The position numbers were made by a program, and so were the translations under genes. The notes beneath the pieces were generated by a model. That model was not told the origin of the DNA. It searched no databases and saw only the letters and a program-made list of their open reading frames with translations. From Octopus vulgaris (Eukaryota): a DNA stretch of 64,000 bases. The stretch covers positions 73,470,001 to 73,534,000 of the forward strand of contig OX597819.1 in assembly GCA_951406725.2 (NCBI GenBank), given 5' to 3'. This document shows, one piece after another, positions 53,658 through 64,000 of this stretch (its first letter is position 1; each line of letters opens with the position of its first letter).

Positions 53658-55509
53658 TCTCAGTTGAGGAATGGACTGAGAAACTGACTCAATGTCTGGC
53701 AACTATCACCTTATCCTCCTCTGTATGGCTGGAATTTGGGACTCGGCACTGGTACAGGATATTGTATGTCAGCTGCCTATGCGTCATGCTTTGAATCAGA
53801 CTTATATCTCTCGGCTAATAATAATAATAATAATAATTAGTAGCAGTAGTCTGTGACAGGAAGAACATATTTGTGCATGTGTGAGGTGGAGCAGAGAAGG
53901 GGTACTGTTATCTTTGACCCTACAACAAGTGTGACAGTTAACCACCAAAAATAACTTCAAGTAGCATTTGTAAATAAATTGTATTGTATTAAAATTATTT
54001 TTCTCATTATCTCTTTCTCTCTCTCACGCGCGCACACACACACTCTGTGTTTTGTCCTGTACTATCCATAATATTTTCCTTCATGTAAACCCTTTGTGGT
54101 CAAGGGTTGATGTAATCAACTATTCTCCTTTGAGAACTATTGAGGGCGCAGCACATGTCATCAAAGTGACACTAGAGTATAAATATACAAAGCCCAATAT
54201 ACCCATCATGACAACCTGTCTGATAAAGGTACACCAGGCACATGCATCACAACCATATATGCGCGACATGGTCATCTCATATCAAGATAAACAGTACCTG
54301 ACTTTGCAGGTGGGGCCCAGTTAGAATTTTCTTCAGGTCAAGTAGCCCATCCCACCCAAAAGGTCCCTGAATAAAGGTTGTATTATTTTTATTATTATTA
54401 TTATTATTAAGGTAGTGTGTTGGCAGAATTGTTACCTCACTGGACCAAATGCTTAGCAACATTTCTTGTGGTTCTTTCCATTCTGATTTCCTTTCAAAGA
54501 AGTTAAAATAAATACCATTTGAGACCCTCTAGGGGTCAATGTCATTGAGTTGACCCCTTTCCTGAAATTGCCCAAAATTTGAAACTATTATTGTGTCTAT
54601 AATAGAAAGGATTACTATTATTTGGTAGTGAAAATGGTTGAGTGTTTGGCCAAAAAAGCCTAAAAAAACATTTTTAGTTGCATAGCTGTGGGTCTGTGTT
54701 CAAATCTAGCTTCTGCCCACTTTGTCTCTCAATTTTTTTTTAAGCATCAATAAAGTATATAACAGTAGTACACTGGTGTCTTTTAAATGGAGTCTTTGTA
54801 CCCTTATCCCCCTTTAGTTTATTCCAGTTTATTTTTTATAAATTCTTTTTAATCTGCATTCCAGTAGCAGACACTGTAGAATACCAGAATTTAGTTCCAC
54901 CCTTTTAATAGAAACCTGTCAGGAACTGCCCTTGGTTCTGATAGAAACTCCCTGTTTTAAAGTAATCTTAATGAAAACCTTCCATCAAAGTTTCACATTA
55001 ATTTGGTTCCAAACACCAGCAGAGATGAGTTATTTTTCTAAATTCTTCATTTATTTTGAAAATATAATTGCAACCAGGCAGTGCATTTCAACAGAAATCA
55101 TCATCATTTACCATCTATATTCTATACTGGCACGGATTGGACACTTTCTCAGGATCTGATGGGTCTGCAGACCGCACCATACTCAAGTCGTCTGTTTTGG
55201 TATAATTTCTAAGGCTGGATGCTCTTCCTGGTGCCAACCATTTTACAGCATTTACTGGGTATTTTTTTTTTTATGTGCCACTAGAACTAGTTGAGTTGTT
55301 ATTCAGCTTGCAGGACTGTGGAGCTCAAGTGGGAGAGTGGCTTTATGCTAGCAGATGAGGGATTGAAATATGAGTGAAGGTTGCAGAGCAGAGCAAGGGT
55401 CTTGCTGTAGAGGGGTCACTTGGTTATTTTCATTTTAGGAGCGAGTGGTCAGAGTAGAGCTGGAAAGAGAGAAACTAGAAAAATAGTGAGAAAAAGGGGT
55501 CAAACAAAT

Positions 55510-56368
55510 TTAACCCTTTTGTTACCATATTTCTGTTGAGATGCTCTGTATTTCTTTCTATTAATTTTAAATAAAACAAAGAATTTAGTAAAATAACATA
55601 GGTTATCATTAAGCTAGTGTTAGGAACATAAATTGTTACTAAGGTTTGGTGGAGGATTTTAATTCAGAACTTTTGAAAACAAGACATTTGTACTCAGAGA
55701 CAGTTTCAGCCCGATTGGTATCAAAAAGGTTATATGCTAAAGTGTTAATCTCCCAACCTGCACAAAGACACCTCCTTCACTACTTCCCCATCTCCTAGCT
55801 GAGGACTTTTTGTCTTGCAATTTATTTGGTGCCACATACAAAGCATCAGTGCTAATGCCACATACAGAGCATCCAGTGCACTCTTTAACTGTTTTGTTAC
55901 CATATTTCTGCTGTGATGCTCTGTGTTTCTTTCAAATAATTTTAAATATAACAAAGAATTTAGTAAAATAATTTAGTTATCATTCAGCTAGTGTTAGGAA
56001 CATAAATTGTGACTAAGGTTTGGTGGAAGACTTTAATTCAGAACTTATGAAAACAAGACATTTGTACTACAGAACCAGAGGTGGTTTCAGCCGGATTGGT
56101 ATCAAAGGGGTTAAGAATTGTTTCTCTATTATATATTTTAACCCTTTTGTTACCATATTTCTGTTGAGATGTTCTGTGTTTCTTTCAGTTAATTTTAAAT
56201 ACAACAAAGAATTTAGTAAAATAACTTAAGTTATCATTAAGCTGGTGTTAGGAACATAAATTGTGACTAAGGTTTTGTGGAAGATTTTAATTCAGAACTT
56301 TTGAAAACAAGATATTTGTATTACAGAGCCAGGGGTGGTTTCAGCCGGGTTGGTATTAAAAGTGTGAA
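55510..56368 (+). mobile_element. Three direct copies of piggyBac-like MITE family 2 (55510-55732, 55885-56114, 56138-56368)
   Basis: Termini are TTAA-CCCTTTTGTTACCA and TGGTATCAAAGGGG-TTAA. The ~225-bp bodies are highly similar. Confidence 0.85.
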
Positions 56369-56756
56369 TAGTTTTTGTCCAGGATTGAAACTACATCATG
56401 GCATCAGCTTGCCAAACTTTTACTTGAAAATTGTTTTCTGTGACAGAGGCTTAAACAGAAATGTTGTAGTATTCAGGATTTTCCTCTTTATTTTATTACT
56501 TTGCAACAGATGTCCTCTTTTTGAAAAGGTCTTCCATTATCCTAAAAGTGTTGTCTCTATAAAAGCATTATTAATGAAGTCGGTTGTTGCTTGATGGAAT
56601 GAGATTTTGTTTCTCTTTTTTTTTAAAGTCTGTACATTGTACCTAACTAATCTGTTCTTGTTTTACACAGTGAATCCAAAATCACTTTATCAAATGGAAA
56701 ATCTTGCAACCTAAATAATAAAACTCTCCCTTGCTTTCCATTAGCTATCATGAAAC

Positions 56757-56760
<4 letters not shown>

Positions 56761-56804
<44 letters not shown>
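56761..56804. repeat. (TG)n microsatellite
   Basis: Directly visible. Confidence 0.97.
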
Positions 56805-56808
<4 letters not shown>

Positions 56809-58164
56809 ACTTATCTTTGTATATCATCACTGTTTATAGTTCAAGAACTTGTTAATTAGTGTTACAGATTTGACAATAGGAGGGGATGAGGGGGAGTAGC
56901 GAAAAGAGAAAACAATAGAGAAATAAAGAAATGAATAAACTTTAAAAAAAATTGGAGTACGAAAAGAATAGAAGGAAAATAAATATAAAAATAAAAAAAA
57001 AAAGAAATAAGGTTTGATAGAAATAATAAAAAACACTGATCAAATACAGAAATAGTTTTGTAGGTAGGTAGATGGGTGGGTGAGGTAGGTGGACCAGTGG
57101 ATAACCATAAGGTAGATGACATAGATTGGTGAGTTGGATAGATATAATCTCTTTTAATTGCTTCGATCATTAGACTGTGGCCATGCTGGGGCACTGCCTT
57201 GTATTTTAGTTGAACGAAGCCCCCCCCCCCCTCACGTACTTATTCTTTTAAGCCTGTTACTCATTCTGTTGGTCTCTGTTGCCAAACTTGTGTTGTAGGG
57301 GATGTAAACACACCAACACTGGTTGTCAAGCAGTGGAGGGGTGGGATACACACTCACACACACATTCTTCTACTTGTTTCAGTCATTGGACTGTGGCCAT
57401 GCTGGAGCACTGCCTTTAGTCGAATGAATCGGCCCCAGGATTCATTCTTTGTAAGCCTAGTACTTATTCTATTGGTCTCTTTTGCCGAACTGCTAAGTTA
57501 CGGGGACGTAAACATGCCAACATTGGTTGTCAAGTGATGGTAGTGGTGACAAACACAGTCACACAAACATATACACGTCATCGTCATCATCATCATTGTT
57601 TAACGTCCGTAGGACAGGCTTCTTTCAGTTTCTGTCTACCAAATCCACTGACAAGACTTTGGTCAGTCCGAGGCTGTAGTAGAAGACACTTGCCCATGAT
57701 GCCATGCAGTGGAATTCAACCCGGAACCATGTGTTTCAGAAGCAAGCTTTTTACCACACAGCCACGCCTAGGCTTCTTTCAGTTTCCATCTACCAAATCT
57801 GCCCACAAGGCTTTGGTTAGACCAAGACTAAGGTACAAGACACTCGTCAAAGACACAATGAAGTGGGACTGACTTTTTACCACACAGCCATGCTAGCAGC
57901 TTCGTTGGTTTATAAAAGAAATAGATGGATAGTTAAGGTGGGGGGGAGCAAATGGTTGCAGTAGAACGGTATTGTGGAGCAGATAAGATGAATATGAATA
58001 TGTTTGAGAAGTAAATGGAGAGACAAAGGGATAGATTTGTGGTGTAGAGGACAGGGAAATGGATGACCAACATGACAAGGGTACATTAACAAGAGCAACT
58101 GAAAGATAGAGATATACCAATAGTTGCAGGGGCCAAGAAGAAACTAATGGAAGAGAGAAAAACA

Positions 58165-58673
58165 AGTGGTTGATGCCAGTGTCGCTTAACTGACCCATCT
58201 AAGAGTAGCCTTTGATCATTGGGCAATGTGCTGTGCTTGAGAAGACCTGTTGAGTCAAGTGAAATCATTGTCGTGGTTGATGCCATACTGCCTGACTGGC
58301 ACATAAAAAGCACCATCCAAGTGTGGCCGATGCCAGTACTGCTTGATTGGCTCCTGTGCCAGTGGCACGTAAAAAAACCATCTTCTAAGCGTGGTCAATG
58401 TCAGTCCCACCGGACTGGCTCCTGTGCCAGTAACACATAAAATGCATCATTCGAGTGTGCTCGATGCTGGCACCATCTGACTGGCTCCTGTGCCAGTGGA
58501 ATGTAAAAAGCACCCACCACACTGTCAGAGGGGCTGGTGTTAGGAAGGGCATCAAGCTGTAGAAACCTTGCCAGATCAGATGGAAGCCTGGTACAGCTTC
58601 CTCGCTTGCCAGTCTTCAGTCAAACTGTCCAACCCATGCCAGCATGGAAAGCAGACGTTAAATGATGATGATG
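58165..58673 (+). mobile_element. RTE LINE 3' UTR with 3-4 internal ~66-bp repeats and GAT tail
   Basis: Repeated GTGGYCGATGCCAGT...GACTGGCTCCTGTGCCAGTGGCACGTAAAAAGCACC units precede the shared 3' terminus. Confidence 0.78.
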
Positions 58674-61077
58674 TTCTCTGAAATTGAAAGAGAATGAAAA
58701 GAAAATTTAAACATCATTTTATTTAATTTTACTGAGATTTTATTTATTTTTCCATTTACCTCCAGCCATGTTTTTTTCCTTTTCAGTTTCTTTATCCCAG
58801 TTAATCTTTCATTCATAAAGTATAGTGTGTGACATTTAATGAACTTTGTTGTTGTTGTTGTTGCTCTTTACATAATCCCCCCCCCCCCCCGTACATTCTG
58901 TTTTGTTTTGTCTGCTTCCAGTTTTTCTCCACCCCTACACTTGTTGTTTATATTATCTGGTTAAAACATCAACCTTTACTCACAATCTCTGATCTATATC
59001 TGCATGTGTATGTATGTGCGCGCATGCGCGCTGAACACTTTGTCATAATAAACATGTACAGTCATTGATAGGCAGGAAGTAAGGCTGTCCCCATGACCCC
59101 TTGTAGAGTTTCTGAGATTAGTTGAAGGAAAAGCAGAAGATATCCTTAAACAGAGACCTGTCTTGAATGCTTATAACAGAGTGAACTCCACTAAAGATAC
59201 CTAATGCATCAGATGGGGAGGGGTGTTAAACTGGGGGTGGGGAGACAGGTTAAGTTTGTCACTCACCTTAGTGGGATAGGTGGAGTGGGGGTAAGATTTG
59301 AACTCAGTATGCAAAGAGCCAGAAGAGATATGTAAGGTATCTGATCTGATATTCTAAGAGCCCCACCAACCCACTGCCTCTGGATTTTTTATTTTGACCT
59401 TAAACGGGAAGAAAGATAAATTTGATCTTGGTGGGATTGGAATTCAGAACACAGAGAGTCTGAAGTATTCTGCCCAACACTCTAATGACTTGGTCACTCA
59501 AATGGTTAAGTGTTGATATATATGTTACTAGGTGTCCCTGTGACATGAAAAATAACGGCTAATTGTAGTATTTAATATATATGATTATAAGCTACAAAAT
59601 CAGGTACATAAGATACACAGATACACACATTCACATACTTCCCTTGTACACACACACACACATGCACACTTCTGTGACTGTTTTGGCAGGATTTTTACAG
59701 CTGGATGCCCTTCCTAACACCAACCACTCAGCAGAGTGGACTCAGTGCTTTTTATGTGGCACAAGATTGGCAAAGATTTTACAGCTGGATGCCCTTCTGA
59801 ACACTGTGTGGATTGGGTACTTTTAAGTGGCACCTGCACCAGTAGGGTCACCAAGTACTTGCAAGACAGAAAAAAATTAAAAAAAAAGAAAAACTTTCAA
59901 GATGGGAGGAAAAACTTTCAAGAGGCATTGGAGGGGGTGATCTTGTGTTGGATGATAAAAGGTTATAATGAGACAGATACAGGGGTCTTGCTGTAGAGGA
60001 AGTACAAGGTTACTCAGCCGGAGAGAGATCAGGAATGAAGACGGAAACAGGTGCGCTACCAAAAATATAAGTGAAAGACAAATGTTGCTTTAACCTTTTA
60101 ACTGCGAAGTGAAATTTTATGGTTATTCCAGTAATGATGTTAAATATCTACCAAGACATAGAATTGTTATTTTCTGCAAGTCACATTGCCTTAATAAATT
60201 TGACATATCTTGAGAGAAAATAGTTTTAAACATGACATTCCTCAACAAAAGCCAGATTGGTGTATAAAACGGTTTTCCACAATTAAGAATAATGTCATTT
60301 TGAGAGGATATGTTTGATTTCTGCAGTAAAATTGTTAATCAATTTTGTCAATCTGAAACAGGTTGGGATCATAAGGGTATAACGGTGGATTGTTATGATG
60401 GCTGATAGGGTACCACTTCTATAATGTGGTGATTTACCTATTTTATCACTTTTATAAGGATATTTTATCATATTTATATGGTTTTGACTTGGAAGAGATA
60501 ATACATATATTTCATTTCTTGAGTTAGAATCTATATTGATAAACCCGTAATTATAAGTATTATCACTATCCATAAATCTCAACTCAAGCTACATAAACAC
60601 CATAGTGAAATATATATATATCAAGACGCTTAAACGAACATGTTGAAGCATACATGTATGTTGAAGATAAATAAGTTTGTGTTGCTTATCACTGCTATAA
60701 AAACAGTTTCATGGTTGCAGAAATAAATTTCATTAGCAGATTGAAAAAAGTGAAGAAAGAGAAAATATTTACTAAATCAGTTTATTAATGTACATATAAT
60801 ATTTACTGTACATTTACAAGTTAAAGAAATTTATGACATAAAATTTATACTAGCTAATTCTTTCATACTAAACTACCAGAGTTTACACAACAATTCAAAT
60901 AAGCCTTGTTGGATTCAAGTAACAGACATAGCATAAAAATAGCCAATATATCTCAAAGGAGTGAGTGTCGTGAATCACTAGGGTGAGTGTTGTGGTGTCA
61001 AGTGACAACCAACAATCACTGATTAATTTCCCCAAAATCAGGGTTTTTATAACTGCTCATACCTGAATTCTAAGAAC

Positions 61078-61410
61078 CATATTTCGAACAAGGGAATCTA
61101 GCCCCCCCCCCCCCCCACTCTACTCAAAACAATATAGATCAGTGACTAGTTGTCACTTTGAAAACTATATATTTCGAACAAAAATTTGGCCACTCCACCT
61201 CTAGCCGAACAATTATTCTGTGCCGACGAAGGGAAATAACCTGGAAATCGTGATACACAGATATTCTTTTGAGCTGACTGGGGGTGCTAGATTCCCTTGT
61301 TCAAAAATATGACACAGATCATGTCATATAGCCAGCTGGAGATGATGTTTCCTGGGGCTAAATTACAGCAACATTCGTCCTAAACCAGGACTGCCATGTT
61401 ATGTTGGCAA
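61078..61410 (+). mobile_element. Copy of hammerhead-bearing repeat family with an inverted partial duplicate upstream
   Basis: CATATTTCGAACAAGGGAATCTAGC (61078) is the inverse of GCTAGATTCCCTTGTTCAAAAATATG (to 61311). 61311-61410 is homologous to the 10517 palindrome arm and spacer. Confidence 0.65.
61217..61261 (+). ncRNA. Minimal type I hammerhead ribozyme motif (variant or decayed core)
   Basis: TCTGTG-CCGACGA-A-GGG-AAATAA-CCT-G-GAAA-TCGTGA-TA^-CACAGA. Stem I has 6 bp, the core has U4>C, stem III is near-palindromic and the cleavage triplet is AUA. Confidence 0.6.
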
Positions 61411-64000
61411 GCAATCTTTACTCCAGAATTATTTTGTTTCACTTGTACATTTTGTTTTTGCTTTCCCATTGTTTTTCTTTTGCTTCATAATTGTGCAGTA
61501 AATCCATCTCTTCTGGCTGATTCTTATTATCCACATAATTCTGTACCTACTCATGGTACCAATTTAGAACTAAGGCGGTAAACTGACAGAATCGTTAGCA
61601 TGCTGCCGAAATGCTCAGTGGTATTTTGTCTGCTACTATGCTCTAAGTTCAAATTCTGCTGAGGTCAACTTTGTCTTTCATCCTTTTGGGGTTGATAAAT
61701 TAAGTACCAGTTGCATACTGAGGTTGACATAATTGACTAGGCTCTTCCCCCAAAATTTCAGGCCTTGTGTCTATAGTAGAATAGATTTAGAACCAAGTAG
61801 ATTAGGTTAATGGGAGTTAACTCCTTTGATATTTTCCTGAGACCACGCCTGGTTCTATTTCAAAGTGATCTAAATTAAAACTTCCATCAAAATTCCCTGT
61901 TTATTTACATTCCAATCATTAGTAAGGACAAAGATATTTTATGAAATTATTATTTTAACAACGAATTGAAACAAGTGTGTTGTATGTATTTCAACAGAAA
62001 CATGGTAAAAAATGGACAAAAGCGATTTATTTATGGATATAAACATAATACAAGTAATGGTTGTTAACTATTTCTCACGCTGCCCAAAACCTTCTCCATT
62101 TCACCAGCTGCACTTCTTGAGAGTCATGTTTCTTAGTCATCTGATATTCTATTCTACTCTATGTACAAGGCCTGAAATTTTGGGGGAGTGGGAGCGGGCA
62201 GTCGATTAGATCAACCCAATATACAATTGGTACTTAATTTATTGACCCTGAACAGATGAAAGGCAAAGTCGACCTTGATGGAATTTGAACTCAGAATGTA
62301 AAGGCAGACGATATACTGCAGCATTTCGCCTGGTGTGCTAACATTTCTGCCAGCTCGCTGCCTTACATTCTTCTGATATTACCAGTTGGAGGGATGAGGT
62401 TGGTCATAGGAGTGAGGTCATGGATGTATTTGGACCAGTGGTCAGTTATGGCTGTGTGCTTTCAAGTAGATTTTCCAACTCTAGGGTCTCAGGTTCAGTC
62501 CTTGTTTGCAAAACCTTATTTTTTACTTGTTTTAGTCATTAGTTTGTGGCCATGCTGGGACACCACTTTGAAGAAGCTTTCAATTGAATAAATTTACCCC
62601 ATTACTTTTTTTTAAAGCCTGGTACTGATTCTGTTGGCCTCTTTTTGCCAAGTCACTAAATTATGGGGATGTAAACACACCAACACTGGTTGTCAAGTCA
62701 TGGTGGTGGTGGTGGGACAAACAGATGTGTTTGCTCACATGCACGCTTACATTTGATGGGCTTCTTTCAGTTTCTGTCCATCAAATTGACTCACCTAGAA
62801 CCATATGGTTGGGAAGCAAGCTTCCTACCACACAGCCATACCTACGCCTATAGATCAAATATCTTTTATGATAACTTAGGGTTAACTAGATCCTTGTAAG
62901 TGAAATTGGGAACAAGGAACAGCCCCTTGAAAGGGTTGTTTCTCTTTCCTTGAGTACAAGCATTTATGTTTTGTGCCCTGTCTGAAGAGAACTATCTCTC
63001 ATGCCTCATGGAGGCCCTGAAACATGTCTTAGGAGCTGCCTGCTAGTTTCCAACTAAGCCTATAAAAATGGAAAAGAAAAAGAGACAGTTATAGCCATTC
63101 TCTACAGTCCTGTAGTTTTAGGCCAATATACTTGAGTCAACCTAGACATCTCGTCACCACTATTTTTATCTCTTTCCATTTCTACCCTGATCACTTCACT
63201 TCTTTCTTCTAAAATGTAAGAAGCCATGTAACATCTCCACAGCAAGAAACTTGTTATTCCGTGGCTCTATCTCTCCCTATTTTAACCCCTTGTGTCTGAG
63301 TATGAAGTTACCCCCTTGAAGTTTGTAGTCTTGTAAAGTAGCATGGCAACCTCACTAGTACTGGTGCCATGAGAAAAAACAAAAAAACCTGTCTAGTACA
63401 TGCTGTAAAATGGTTGGCATAGGAACTCTGCTAAAGTAAAACCCAGCAGCATGATGCAGTCCTCGGACCCATCAGATGCTGTCAAGCCATCTGACCCATG
63501 CTTGTAGGAGTCAGATGGATGTTAAATGCAGATGATGTTAAGCTAAGAGAAAGGGGCTGCATTCATAACTTTTGCAGGGCTTCATCACCCCTCTGAGACT
63601 GATGGAAATGATGTCATCAGTATTCGTCTGTAACAATTGCAGGTAAGGGATTGTGGAGATATAACCCTTTGGTGAAGAAGGATTGGTGATGAAAGTGCTT
63701 AGTGTATGGCCTGGGTTTAGCATGGGGAAGACACAGTATGGGTGAAGGTGAGAGGAAGAGAAATGAGTTGGGTGGTGCAGAGTCATTTAGTTCTAAGGAG
63801 TGAAGGACACTGTCAGTGCAGTAGAAATGCCACAGAGAGGAGGCGGCATGTCTGTGTGACAGGACAAAAGTTGCACTTTGTTCTTAACTGACTCCATACT
63901 AATTAGTTGGCTAATTTTGTTTTGGATGTAATTAGATCAAATCAATTAATTACAGCTGTCTTCCACTGTAAAGTTGTTCCTTTTTTTTATTGTTTTATTT

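Noticed and set aside
53243-53790. Short hairpins with miR-96/183-like seeds (AATGGCACT, CTCGGCACTGG)
   Set aside because: The stems are too short for pre-miRNAs and similarity barely extends beyond the seed.
60295-60582. 95-aa minus-strand ORF in an AT-rich block
   Set aside because: I found no recognisable motif or splice context. It may be a decayed transposon, but the sequence alone does not support a call.

Overview
This is AT-rich, repeat-saturated eukaryotic DNA, probably intronic or intergenic. The SINE and microsatellite content suggests an octopus or other coleoid genome, which is an inference. I found no host protein-coding exon; nearly all listed ORFs are translated microsatellites or SINEs. 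The real coding remnants are all retroelement-derived: an uninterrupted 5'-truncated CR1-group LINE RT inside a ~3 kb (TA)n/(TATG) array, two restriction-like-endonuclease (RLE) non-LTR fragments, and RTE fragments. Dozens of tRNA-derived SINEs from three families, piggyBac-like TTAA MITEs and a hAT-in-hAT nest are also present, and only representative copies are listed. Four observations stand out. (1) A dispersed repeat family carries a minimal type I hammerhead ribozyme at the same position in two diverged copies, with compensatory stems and fold-back insertions (Penelope-like or retrozyme-like). (2) A U2 snRNA-RTE chimeric retrocopy is bounded by a 13-bp direct repeat. (3) A 126-bp insertion is stitched from two exact nearby templates. 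(4) One SINE head occurs with either a CR1-derived or an RTE-derived tail, and both kinds of LINE 3' end are in the window. All alignments and folds were done by eye, and edges of degenerate repeats are approximate.
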